NCBI GenBank assembly: GCA_049423385.1
Contig: JBMSQQ010000009.1
Location: forward strand, 1 to 52,247
Source: Silvanigrellaceae bacterium
Lineage (GTDB): Bacteria; Bdellovibrionota_B; Oligoflexia; Silvanigrellales; Silvanigrellaceae
DNA length: 52,247 nucleotides
Direction: 5' to 3'
Made by a program: the position numbers and the translations under genes. Under the pieces are notes generated by a model, which was given only the letters and a program-made list of their open reading frames with translations, searched no databases and was not told where the DNA came from. How positions within the stretch are numbered: the stretch's first letter is position 1; each line of letters opens with the position of its first letter. Shown in pieces: positions 36,345 through 46,001 of this stretch.

Positions 36345-37667
36345 TCAGAGACGTTCGTTGCATTCCAGCTTTTTGAGTTCCTTGCCAAATTTGTTCTTCT
36401 CGTCGGGCAGCGGAATGGATATTTCGCCGATCACGGGAACACCCTTCACGACGATACGCGTTGGCTCAACATCAATGCGCTTTGGATTGAAGGAAATCGG
36501 CAATCCAACTCTCGCCTTGATGTTGATGCCAAAAAGGTCAATCTGTGCATTGAATTTTTCATTGGTGTAGACATTTTGAACGCCAAAGCGCTTGTCGAGT
36601 GTCAATTCAATCGGCGGAGTTCCGCTCATTTCAATACGACACATGACAGAACTTGCGCTTTCGAGATTCAATTGTGCAAACGCTGCACCGGCAGTCGGTT
36701 CTTTCAACTCAAGAAGCCCAAAAGAGTCGACAAGCCTGGTCACAGCGCCAACAATTTTGGCATCATCAACAAACACCGGCATGTTTCGCGCAGCGGTGTT
36801 AAAGAAAGCAGAATTGACGCGCACATTGCGACCCTGCGTGAACACAAGATTGCGGAGTTCGGTCACATTGCGCAACAAGGGTACACGATTGATGTCAGAG
36901 AATTTCTCCCACCGCACGGGCACATCGCGAATGAAAAAACCCTCTGGAATGTTGGTCACTGCCAAATTTGCTCCTGACCAAACAGTCTTGTCTGTGTCGT
37001 TGTATCCCAACTTTCCAAAGACATCGGACTCGAAGGAATTGGCCGCAGAAAACAATAATCCATTGAAGAGGTAGTTGCCTCCGCTACCGACCGAAACCCC
37101 TCCCTGGGATTCAAATGTCCATTTCATGCCACTTCGCCCGCGCAGCACACCGGATTGATTGTTGATTCCGCTCCTGCCCTCAAAGCGAATCCGCCCATCC
37201 CTTTCAATGGCCACTTTGCGAAGTCCACTGCGCTGCAGGACATCCATCAAATCCTGATGCACATCCTGCAAACCGATCTGCGCCATCAACAAACGCACGC
37301 GTGACGAGGTCAGTTCATCATCCACCATGGAGAAATTCGACCCGGAGCGGGAAAAGTCTTCGAACAGTTGTGAGATCGCCTGCCATTGCTGGAATTCTTT
37401 GCTGTCTGCCAGATTCTCTGCTTCTTCAACGCCAATCGGCTTCGGTTTTTCTGAACAAGTCAAACCCCAACGTTCGCACCATTGTTCAAATGAGATCTTT
37501 TCTACCTCAAAACTCCCTGAGGAATCCGAGTGGGATGCCAAACGGCTCCCGGTTGCATTTGAGTCCGCAGGGGTACGCCCGCATGATGCAATCAAAGCAA
37601 GTCCTGCAACAGCGAAAATTCCAGCTGCCAACACATTCCCGAAACCCGGAATTCGAAATGCCAACAT
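36345..37667 (-). CDS. Hypothetical lipoprotein
   Basis: Lipobox LIASC; GGGG RBS; beta-rich; no recognised domain. Confidence 0.75.
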   Translation of the reverse strand: MLAFRIPGFGNVLAAGIFAVAGLALIASCGRTPADSNATGSRLASHSDSSGSFEVEKISFEQWCERWGLTCSEKPKPIGVEEAENLADSKEFQQWQAISQLFEDFSRSGSNFSMVDDELTSSRVRLLMAQIGLQDVHQDLMDVLQRSGLRKVAIERDGRIRFEGRSGINNQSGVLRGRSGMKWTFESQGGVSVGSGGNYLFNGLLFSAANSFESDVFGKLGYNDTDKTVWSGANLAVTNIPEGFFIRDVPVRWEKFSDINRVPLLRNVTELRNLVFTQGRNVRVNSAFFNTAARNMPVFVDDAKIVGAVTRLVDSFGLLELKEPTAGAAFAQLNLESASSVMCRIEMSGTPPIELTLDKRFGVQNVYTNEKFNAQIDLFGINIKARVGLPISFNPKRIDVEPTRIVVKGVPVIGEISIPLPDEKNKFGKELKKLECNERL

Positions 37668-37777
37668 TTTTTCCCCCTGTGTTCTTCCATTGGGAAGTCT
37701 ACAGGGGGAAAAGCTTGTGCTCAGCGGAACATGACGAAACCCTATGAAAGTGGGCTAAAATTGCCGGGGAGATTCGC

Positions 37778-39535
37778 CTAGGTCTTAACGTAACGCTTGA
37801 ACCTGACGTACTTTTCAAGCTCGGGCGCCATCACGTTGCGCCCTTGCGCTTCAGCCAGGAATTGCAGAACGCCCACTTGCCAGTCACCCACAAATGCTTG
37901 CCCTGTGGCCTTCGCACCCGTGTTGGTTCGAAGACCCCAATTCTCATCACCGCTGGTCCAGTCCAACCCCGTGGTCAACTCACCCAGTGTCTGCAGGGGT
38001 GAACTCGCCGCGTAGTTGTCGGAATTGATCACTGCCATGGGGCCATGCAAGGCGTCATCCAACCCGCCTTCGGCTTTGGGTCCCAGCAACATCGCAAAAC
38101 ACGAGCCCGAACCGTCACCCATGTCACGTGTGCGCCCTCCATCACTCACGACAAGAATCAAGGTCTTGGTGCCTTTCGTGGCATTGGCCAGAATATTGAG
38201 GCCCATTGCCAACTGACGCATACCCTCGACGTAATTCAATGCATTGTACGAGCTGGCAATCCCGTTGATTGGATTGTCGATATCCGCACCGTCGAGGTCA
38301 TTCACGTTCAGGAACAGCGAAAAATTGCGGTAAGGCTTGCCACTGATGGTCAGAGCTTTTGCCACAAAAGCACACTGCGACAAAAACTCCTGCTTTGCTT
38401 CCACGGTCGCTGCCTTGTTTGTTGAGGTGTTGAAGAATGCCTGCTGGTTTCCCAAAACAGTTGCAGGATATGCCAACGTGGACATTTCATTCTTTGCGAC
38501 ATCCCGAAGTGATGCAATAACCTGCTGAACCTGATTTCGGGAATCGAGGATGGCATTGCGCCGCTTGGGATCAACAACAGATATTTTATCGAACAGGAAC
38601 GACAGGTTCTTGTCTGTGGCGCTGTCCACAGCGCGATAATCGCCAAATCCGCCAGAAAGACTTTGGTCTATGTTCTCGACCAAGCGTTTTACACTTCGTC
38701 CAACCACTTCATGGCGGGCGTTTTCGTTGCTGCTCAGACCACTGTAGACAACATTGAACTCGACGCTGCCATTGGCATCGTACTGTTCACCCATCATGAA
38801 TGCCGTAATGCCCAGAGGACTTGTCACAAGACCTTTGTAACCAGCAAGGTGATTCACATCACACAGTGACGGTCGAATCTTGGTCAGCGTCAGGTTGTGC
38901 ACTGCAAAATTTGTGAACCTCTGCAAACCGATGCCCGTCTGCACCGCCACGTTGTCGGGAAATTTCCCGACGTAGCTCTCAAAGCCACCTGCATTTTTTG
39001 TCGTCGTGTTGACCTCCTGGCCATCGTAAGTCCCGAATTTCAGCATCCGGCCAAACCAGTTGTTGAATCTGAGCGCAGCAAATCGGGGATCGGTGCTCAA
39101 ATTGCAAATGCCGTTTTCTTTCAGGTAAGTCTTCGATCCCGAGGCCTTGTTGAGTGCCGGATGAGCCGCATTATCCTTGAATGTGGTGTCATTGCCGTCA
39201 ATCTTTCCGAGGGCAAACACGAGCGGGGTATGAACCTGATCAAAAATCTTTATCGTGATCAGTGACCATTCACTTGATGCTGCTTGCGCCTGGGCTTCCT
39301 GAAGTTGCAGAAACGCCGCCAACTGCGAAACACTTCCCATTCGACCCAATTCACGGGTCAACTGAAAAGAGTCTTTCACCCACCACTGCGGAAATGGCTG
39401 ATTGGAACCTGTCAGAAGATGATTCCAACCTGGAACCCTGATCATGTTTCCAACGCTCTCAAGGAACGCAGTGGTCACACCTGTTCCGATGCCCCACTTC
39501 AACAAGTCCCGACGAGACCAATTCATACTGGACAT
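37778..39535 (-). CDS. Tat-exported protein, distant DUF1501/DUF1552-like
   Basis: SRRDLLK twin-arginine motif; C-terminal TLILVVSDGGRT; GAGGAG RBS before ATG 39535. Confidence 0.7.
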   Translation of the reverse strand: MSSMNWSRRDLLKWGIGTGVTTAFLESVGNMIRVPGWNHLLTGSNQPFPQWWVKDSFQLTRELGRMGSVSQLAAFLQLQEAQAQAASSEWSLITIKIFDQVHTPLVFALGKIDGNDTTFKDNAAHPALNKASGSKTYLKENGICNLSTDPRFAALRFNNWFGRMLKFGTYDGQEVNTTTKNAGGFESYVGKFPDNVAVQTGIGLQRFTNFAVHNLTLTKIRPSLCDVNHLAGYKGLVTSPLGITAFMMGEQYDANGSVEFNVVYSGLSSNENARHEVVGRSVKRLVENIDQSLSGGFGDYRAVDSATDKNLSFLFDKISVVDPKRRNAILDSRNQVQQVIASLRDVAKNEMSTLAYPATVLGNQQAFFNTSTNKAATVEAKQEFLSQCAFVAKALTISGKPYRNFSLFLNVNDLDGADIDNPINGIASSYNALNYVEGMRQLAMGLNILANATKGTKTLILVVSDGGRTRDMGDGSGSCFAMLLGPKAEGGLDDALHGPMAVINSDNYAASSPLQTLGELTTGLDWTSGDENWGLRTNTGAKATGQAFVGDWQVGVLQFLAEAQGRNVMAPELEKYVRFKRYVKT

Positions 39536-39558
39536 TTCCCTCTCCTCAGGCTGTCGCC

Positions 39559-40410
39559 TCATTTCGAAGTCGCGAAGGCATAAGAACTCAACAAGGCTGC
39601 AATCGCCCGACGTCTCTTTTTCAAACCATCATCGGTATTTCCCGGTGCAGCACAATTGCTTGCGGAATACAGTTCCTGGACTGCTGCCTGATAAGCTTCA
39701 CTTGTGGGTGAAAATTGCGGCAAGCAGCGGGCAACCATTTTCTCCGCCGAAGCCTTGTCTGCGCAGTAGCAATAAGAATTTGGATCAGTCACGTTGCAAT
39801 TGAACGCAGCGACACTCGCCACTGTGACAAGAGACTTCAAGTAAATATCATCCTCAATGGAGTCCGCGCGCAAACCCGTGCGGGTGGCGCCAACATCAAG
39901 AAAGTCTTTCTCGACCTCGAGTGCTTCTTTGCCAATCACGGGAACATAAACATTGGGCAGCAAAAACCTTTCACGGCCAGTGCCGTCTGGAAACTTCTTT
40001 TTGGAGTCAAATTCGGTGGAATTCGGATAAACGATCATATCGTCGGTCACCTTGAGAATTTCCGCATCGGTGGACGAAGCACCGACACAACTCAAAATGG
40101 CATCACGCAATTGATCCAGGTTCTTTCTCTGTCGTCCCTCGGAAAAATTGGTGGTCAGGTTCATCACAAGCGGTTCAACCTTGGCTGCAGTGGCATCGGC
40201 ACTTGAGTCCTTCTGCTCCGGAGCCGCCTGCTCGGCGGGAGTGACTATCGTCTCCGCCGGCACATTTTTCTTCATGCCGGGTGGCAAAACGATTGCTTTC
40301 GTATTCGCAGGCAGCTTGTCTGCGCTGCAGGCCACCACCACCAGGACGGAAGCCATGAAGACACCCATGAGTCTGACCAATCTGAATTGTCGAAAATCAG
40401 AACCCATCAT
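39559..40410 (-). CDS. Cys-rich lipoprotein
   Basis: AGGAGG RBS; lipobox VVAC; six further Cys; ends AIAALLSSYAF; ATGA overlap. Confidence 0.8.
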   Translation of the reverse strand: MMGSDFRQFRLVRLMGVFMASVLVVVACSADKLPANTKAIVLPPGMKKNVPAETIVTPAEQAAPEQKDSSADATAAKVEPLVMNLTTNFSEGRQRKNLDQLRDAILSCVGASSTDAEILKVTDDMIVYPNSTEFDSKKKFPDGTGRERFLLPNVYVPVIGKEALEVEKDFLDVGATRTGLRADSIEDDIYLKSLVTVASVAAFNCNVTDPNSYCYCADKASAEKMVARCLPQFSPTSEAYQAAVQELYSASNCAAPGNTDDGLKKRRRAIAALLSSYAFATSK

Positions 40411-42374
40411 TGGCCTCCTGCGGAACAAGAAAATGTCTCGGATTTGAAATACGCTTGAAACACGGGCAAGAGTTTGCCTTCACCACTTTTCCAGGCACTC
40501 ATGACTCCGTTGATGATTTCCTGGTTTGTTGCGTTGAGATTGCTCATGGCCCGAGGAACAACGCGCGACAGACCGCGCGCCAAAACCATCTCATCACGCA
40601 AGTAGTACTTCAGAAGATCATCCACCTTGACCATTGGAAAGTCGACGCCATTGTCCTGCACGCATCCGCGCTCCTGCCCTGGACTCGTGCCGATGTTGAG
40701 CCAATCACCAAGCACTGCCACGTCCACCTTCTGGAGTTCAGTCGCACCTGGAGGCTGATTTGCCCAGTTGTTTGCTCCCTGGATCACCTTGTCATTGATA
40801 TCCAACTTCGACTTGGCTTCACGAATGTATGATTGCAACAGCGCATCCTGAGCAGAGAGCTCTGGGCCGCCATTCTCGACGAGCGACAACCGCTCTCCAG
40901 AAAGTATTTCTCCGATGGGTCCGAAAGGACGAAACACAATGGATCCGGACGCCAACTGGCGATTGATGTGACAACCTTGGCAAAAATTGCCACTCGCAGG
41001 CACTTTTGCAGTCCCGCGGGGCGCAAACTTGTTTTCGCCCTGGGCCAACACTCGCCAGTCATTGGTCACGAGGCACTGCGGAAGATCGTTGATTTTCTCA
41101 CCCTGCTCGCCTTGCGTGTTCGGCAAAAGTGTCTCGCCGCGGATGACTTCGTTCATTGCTGCCACACGACCATAATTATTGTTTTCAAACAACATTGACG
41201 AGGGTTTTGAGGCCAAAAAGCCCAGCGTTGTGAAAAATGTCCCGCGTGGTGCTTCCATGTTGCACTGGACGTATTTCTTGTCGGCATTTGCCGGCAAATT
41301 GACTTTGTCAGTGCAGTCTTTACCGTAATAAACAGCTGTTTTCTTGGTCGCGAAAACACTGCCCGACTCGAGTGCTTCACGGTATGTCTTTTCGGTGGAC
41401 ACGACCTCCCGAACCATTTCGTAAAATTCACCGGCAATGTCGCTCTTCGTCTGCGAATCCAGAATCAACTTCGACTCCCTGATCTTGCCGGCGGAGGTGA
41501 CTTTTTCAGCAAACTGTTTCAAGCCGTAAGCCAAAAACTCGGGTTTCCATTCGGCGGCCAAGCGTGCAACCGCTTTCTCGCGCATCTCCAGGGTCACGGG
41601 CACATCGAGTTTGCCAAAAAGCTCCAATTCGTCAGCCCGGATACTTCTTCCCAGAGCATCCTGCGCCAAGCGATTCAAAAATTCCCGGGTGGTGACCAAG
41701 GAGGTGCACTTGTATTGGTAATCAACCGGCAACCCGATTCCCTGATCCTTGACGTGATACTTGGAACGGGCATCGGCCACGACAAATGGAAGTCGCGACT
41801 GGAACCAGGCCAGAATGCGCTTGAAATCTTCAGCTTCTGCGCCGGTCAACTTGTACATGAATGGCATGCCTTTGGGTTTACCATCCAATTTTCCGAGCAA
41901 ATTGTTCTCAATCGATTGAAAAACCTCTATCGAAAATTGATCTGCTTCCAGTTTGCTGATCAACTTTTCGAGCAAATCTGTGCTGTTCACGATCTTGTCG
42001 AAGGTGTCCTTGTCCTTTGGATCAAGGTTCTGGGCGAGCAATTCACTTTCAAGCGGCAAGTCGAATTCCACGGGCATTGGCCAAAAACTACGCTTGTCTT
42101 TGCCAGTTCCGTGACAAGTTGAACAATATTCGCGAAGTTTGAGCATCACGGTTTTGGAATCGTGCGGAATGATGGGTGTTGGGCTCGGCGTTGGTGTTGG
42201 AGTTTTCGTCGGAGACTGTTCGCCATTCTTGGGTGGTTGAAACGCCGAGTTTGTCTTGATGATCTTGTCACCCATCGATTTGGGAGAACAAGCGTTGGAC
42301 ATGCCAACAAATGAGATGACCGATATAGCCATCACCAGAGGCAAAAATCCCGTGTCTTTCCGAAAGAAATTCAT
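40407..42374 (-). CDS. Di-haem c-type cytochrome lipoprotein with PSD-like (DUF1592/1588/1585) regions
   Basis: Signal ending SNAC; PT linker; CSTCH and CQGCH; VFATKKTAVYYG, RGTFFTTLGFL, C-terminal LLPVFQAYFKSETF. Confidence 0.72.
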   Translation of the reverse strand: MNFFRKDTGFLPLVMAISVISFVGMSNACSPKSMGDKIIKTNSAFQPPKNGEQSPTKTPTPTPSPTPIIPHDSKTVMLKLREYCSTCHGTGKDKRSFWPMPVEFDLPLESELLAQNLDPKDKDTFDKIVNSTDLLEKLISKLEADQFSIEVFQSIENNLLGKLDGKPKGMPFMYKLTGAEAEDFKRILAWFQSRLPFVVADARSKYHVKDQGIGLPVDYQYKCTSLVTTREFLNRLAQDALGRSIRADELELFGKLDVPVTLEMREKAVARLAAEWKPEFLAYGLKQFAEKVTSAGKIRESKLILDSQTKSDIAGEFYEMVREVVSTEKTYREALESGSVFATKKTAVYYGKDCTDKVNLPANADKKYVQCNMEAPRGTFFTTLGFLASKPSSMLFENNNYGRVAAMNEVIRGETLLPNTQGEQGEKINDLPQCLVTNDWRVLAQGENKFAPRGTAKVPASGNFCQGCHINRQLASGSIVFRPFGPIGEILSGERLSLVENGGPELSAQDALLQSYIREAKSKLDINDKVIQGANNWANQPPGATELQKVDVAVLGDWLNIGTSPGQERGCVQDNGVDFPMVKVDDLLKYYLRDEMVLARGLSRVVPRAMSNLNATNQEIINGVMSAWKSGEGKLLPVFQAYFKSETFSCSAGGQ

Positions 42375-42397
42375 AAAGACCCCACAACTTAACGCCA

Positions 42398-42424
42398 GTA
42401 TCGGCAAAAAAGCGGAATCTTTGA
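42398..42424 (-). promoter_or_regulatory. Candidate sigma28 (FliA) promoter
   Basis: Minus strand TCAA-N15-GCCGATAC, 24 nt before ATG 42374; AT-rich upstream. Confidence 0.55.
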
Positions 42425-42528
42425 TTCAATTTTTGAAATTTATGAAATTACCGAAGATTACGCGGAAGATTGAGCTTCAAGCAGATAATTTAAGGGGTAG
42501 TTGTAAGAATCTGAATTAACGAAAAAAA

Positions 42529-42605
42529 TGGTGCGCCCGCCCTGATTCGAACAGGGGACCCCCGCCATGTCAAGGCGATACTCTAACCAGCTGAGCTACG
42601 AGCGC
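42529..42605 (-). tRNA. tRNA-Val (GAC)
   Basis: Cloverleaf: acceptor GCGCTCG/CGGGCGC, D-arm, anticodon loop TT-GAC-AT, TTCGAAT T-loop, encoded CCA. Confidence 0.96.
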
Positions 42606-42746
42606 ACGAGGCAAGCCCCTCGATAGTACCTGAGTTCAGCGAAGTCAAGTCCCAGGGACCACGGGCCCAACTGCCCTGTGGCTTGCATGGTGACAAGAAG
42701 CTTGTAGGCTGTTTGCATCGCCCAAAACTGAAAACGGAGAATCATC

Positions 42747-43460
42747 ATGACGCAGAAAAATTATAACGTTGTTGCTGGTTTCAACCTGATTGCTCCCGCC
42801 TACGACCTGGCCAATGATGCAATGACATTGGGCCTTCACCGCCTCTGGCGTGCGAAGCTCTGCAAAACTGCAGCCCGGCTGGCGCCTCAAAAAGGACGCC
42901 TTCTGGACGTGGCAACTGGAACGGGCGACGTTCTGTTGGGAATTTTGAAACACAGGGGCGACCTTTCCCTGACTGGTGTGGATCCTTCCGAGGGCATGCT
43001 CGAGGTCGCTCGTGAAAAAATGAGCAAAAAAGCCTCGCTGTACTCTGAATCAGTCGACATCAGGGTTGCCGACGCTCGCAAATTGCCGTTTGCCGACAAT
43101 TCCTTCGATGTTGTCACGATTTCCTGGGGTATTCGGAACGTCAATCCATTCCAGGAGGGACTCCGCGAAATTCTTCGAGTGCTCAAACCCGGCGGTTCAA
43201 TCGTTGTGCTGGAGAGTGGCAAGCCAGAGTTCAAGCCAATCAACGCGGCTTATAAGTACTACGCAAAACTTCTTCCCTATATCGGCGGGCGCATTTCGGG
43301 TTTCATGCCGGCCTACAGATACTACACCGAAACGGTGGAAGCATTTCCATCCGGCGCCCAGTTCGTTGGAGAACTGTTTGAATGTGGCTTCGTCAAAGCC
43401 GGCTACAAAACGCTCGGCGGCAGCATCGTTTATCTTTACACTGCGCAAAAACCCCGTTAA
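42747..43460 (+). CDS. ubiE: Ubiquinone/menaquinone biosynthesis C-methyltransferase
   Basis: FNLIAPAYDLAND, LDVATGTGD, LPFADNSFD, RVLKPGG. Confidence 0.9.
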   Translation: MTQKNYNVVAGFNLIAPAYDLANDAMTLGLHRLWRAKLCKTAARLAPQKGRLLDVATGTGDVLLGILKHRGDLSLTGVDPSEGMLEVAREKMSKKASLYSESVDIRVADARKLPFADNSFDVVTISWGIRNVNPFQEGLREILRVLKPGGSIVVLESGKPEFKPINAAYKYYAKLLPYIGGRISGFMPAYRYYTETVEAFPSGAQFVGELFECGFVKAGYKTLGGSIVYLYTAQKPR

Positions 43461-44632
43461 TCGGCTGCGCCACCACCAACAAAACGCAACACACTGATCT
43501 CGCAATTTGTTCCAAGCCGCATCGGTGGTCCCCAAAACCCGGTTCCTTCGCTGACGTAGAGCCGGGTTCTTGTGTTTTTGATGGTATAAAGTCCCGTGTT
43601 GTATGTCTGATCACGATAAACAAAAAAGTGAAGAGGCCAAAACTGTCCGCCATGTGTATGCCCTGAAATCTGCACGTCAATCCAAGGAAATTTCTCTACG
43701 CTCGAGGCGTCCTTGGGCTGATGAGCAAGCAAAATATTCAGCGCACGGTCTCGATTGGATTCATCGCGAATATTTTGAACGGCATCCTCAAGCCTCGTGT
43801 CCTTGCGGGCCAAACCATTGGCCTGACGCAACCATGAGCGATCTTCGATTCCGATGATATTGATGCGATGACCGTCGATGTCTATTCCAGCACTCGCGTT
43901 CGAAAGCACCTTCCAACCCAATTCGCCAGCACAAAACTCGCGCCACTTCTTCGGATTGCTGTAAAATTCGTGATTGCCTGTCACGTAATAAGTGCCAAAG
44001 CGCGCATGAATATCCTTCAAAGGAAGCACATCATTACGCAACTGACGGACACTTCCATCAACCAAATCACCGGTGACAAAAACCAAATCCGGTTTCAAAG
44101 AATTGACTGTTTTTGCGAGTCTTTTCATTCTCCGTGCACCAACCAACCCGGCGACATGAACATCCGACAAGACCACCGCGCTGAGATTCTCCAAACCCGC
44201 AGGCAATTCCTTGTTGACCGGAATCACCTGATAGCGGAGTTTCTCAGGCCGCAAAATTTTTCCAATCGCGCGCCATGCGAGGACAGAAGTGATACCCCAG
44301 ACAAATATTGCAAGCTGGGATTCCGGGTGACCCAACACTTTCATGCCCACACTCAGGGGTAGAGTCAGAGTACAGACCAGCATCAAAAGGTATGCAAAGC
44401 CCATCCAGGTGAACATGAAGATCTCGAGCAGGCTCCGCAAGCGCCGGGGAATTGCCCTGGCAAGCGGAAATCCAACAACTGTCATTCCCCACAGTGCTCC
44501 CATCACTCCCACCGCATAATTCTGCTGCCCCGTGTCCAACAGCGGATGAACCACGCGATGGTAAATATAAGCGTGCACGAAGGTTGTAATTCCCAACCAC
44601 ACGAGGACGGCCAAAAAAAGCCTTACAAACAT
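43457..44632 (-). CDS. Membrane-anchored metallophosphoesterase (YkuE/YaeI-like)
   Basis: N-terminal TMs; SDVH, TGDLVDG, GNHE, LAHQP, SGHTHGGQ. Confidence 0.93.
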   Translation of the reverse strand: MFVRLFLAVLVWLGITTFVHAYIYHRVVHPLLDTGQQNYAVGVMGALWGMTVVGFPLARAIPRRLRSLLEIFMFTWMGFAYLLMLVCTLTLPLSVGMKVLGHPESQLAIFVWGITSVLAWRAIGKILRPEKLRYQVIPVNKELPAGLENLSAVVLSDVHVAGLVGARRMKRLAKTVNSLKPDLVFVTGDLVDGSVRQLRNDVLPLKDIHARFGTYYVTGNHEFYSNPKKWREFCAGELGWKVLSNASAGIDIDGHRINIIGIEDRSWLRQANGLARKDTRLEDAVQNIRDESNRDRALNILLAHQPKDASSVEKFPWIDVQISGHTHGGQFWPLHFFVYRDQTYNTGLYTIKNTRTRLYVSEGTGFWGPPMRLGTNCEISVLRFVGGGAAD

Positions 44633-44642
44633 GAACTAAACC

Positions 44643-46001
44643 TCAGAGAAACCTTTGATAGACAATTCGGTATGGAGCCTTCTGCGAGTCGGGAATTGAG
44701 TTCCCGGCTGGAGCCGCCGGGGTGTCCGGAGGAACCGAACCTGCGGGATCAGAGCCGGGCGGCTTGGCCTGTGCCGCCTCTGCCGCTTTTTTTTCTTTGC
44801 GCAGATTATCAACCGCAGACATGTTCTTCTCAACTATCAATTGATAAGTGCGTTCAACTTTCCCGGAAACACCACGAACATTGATCCGATACAATTGCGT
44901 TTTCCATCCGAGTATCCGGGAACGAATCTCTTTGGTCATGCGGTCCTGGGTTGGAATCAAATCGTCGAGTTCCTGAGGCTTCGAAATGCTGCTGCCTTCA
45001 GCTCGCCTGTCTTCGATCTTGTCCACAATGGTGTCCTCCAGTTCACGGCCCGGAGGGGTCACCAATGCCGAAAGAAGCTCTATTTTTGCAAAATTCACGT
45101 CCATCAACTTGCTGTCTTTGGGTGCCACTGGCCAGATCGTCAAATAAGGCAAAAACACATTGTAAATTTCATCATCGTTGAAGCCTGGAATCTTGCGAAG
45201 CTCCTCAAGCGACTCCAGCGATGCGTTCTTGGGCCGTCCACTCACGCGTCCCGGACCATCGCCATATTGGGAAAGTTCATCTCCAGCGTCTGCAGAGTCG
45301 ATTTTATCGCGATCGATATAATCTTTGACATTGGCCGCCAGACGCTTTGGCGAAAAGCCTTTTTCCTCGAGCCATCGAGACTCGCGCGCAGTGGAAAACA
45401 TGCGAATCAAGGCTTCAAATGCGACATCTGTTGCAGGCTGATAACTGAACAAATTAAGATTGAATTTGGTGCTTTCGTTGGCAACATCAATGACGAAATA
45501 ACCTTGAATGTTTTGCAAGGCCGCCAACAAGCCTTCATCGAGGCTTGAGCTGATGTTGATCTTTGACAAATCCTTTATTTCATCGAGACCCTGGGCTCCA
45601 ATCGGATATCCGTTGAGCAGTTCCGAGAGATTCTTGCCGCCGAGCTGACTCTTGACGAGTGCGGGAATGGCCGAAAGCTGAGATGAGACAGCGGCTGGAA
45701 GATTTGGATTGTCTGCAACATCATTGACCTGAGATTCAAGCGAGATCAGGAAAAGGGCGAACTGCGCGCCCGTCAATGCTGCACTCTCTGCGCGCATCCT
45801 GTCCTGCTCGCCAACGGAACTGCGCACGGTGATTTGCGCCTGGAAAAACACTTCACCCATCACGGCGATGATGACTCCAACCAGCGACAACACAAAAATA
45901 AGAGCCATGCCGCGCTCGTTTTTTCGGGTGTCGCAGTTCGGGGAGCTTTCCCTGCGCCGGATTTTTTTCGAAAGTTCTGCGAACACACCCCTCAACATCA
46001 T
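44643..46001 (-). CDS. gspK: Type II secretion minor pseudopilin GspK
   Basis: G|MALIFVL prepilin site without Glu5; ESTKFNLN, DYID.D, SLEELRKIPG; last of the pseudopilin run. Confidence 0.88.
   Translation of the reverse strand: MMLRGVFAELSKKIRRRESSPNCDTRKNERGMALIFVLSLVGVIIAVMGEVFFQAQITVRSSVGEQDRMRAESAALTGAQFALFLISLESQVNDVADNPNLPAAVSSQLSAIPALVKSQLGGKNLSELLNGYPIGAQGLDEIKDLSKINISSSLDEGLLAALQNIQGYFVIDVANESTKFNLNLFSYQPATDVAFEALIRMFSTARESRWLEEKGFSPKRLAANVKDYIDRDKIDSADAGDELSQYGDGPGRVSGRPKNASLESLEELRKIPGFNDDEIYNVFLPYLTIWPVAPKDSKLMDVNFAKIELLSALVTPPGRELEDTIVDKIEDRRAEGSSISKPQELDDLIPTQDRMTKEIRSRILGWKTQLYRINVRGVSGKVERTYQLIVEKNMSAVDNLRKEKKAAEAAQAKPPGSDPAGSVPPDTPAAPAGNSIPDSQKAPYRIVYQRFL

Noticed and set aside
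42407..42605. tRNA-Val 3' end plus AT-rich flank as a genomic island attachment site
   Set aside because: No integrase and no duplicate of the tRNA 3' end seen; the AT-rich stretch is explained as promoter DNA
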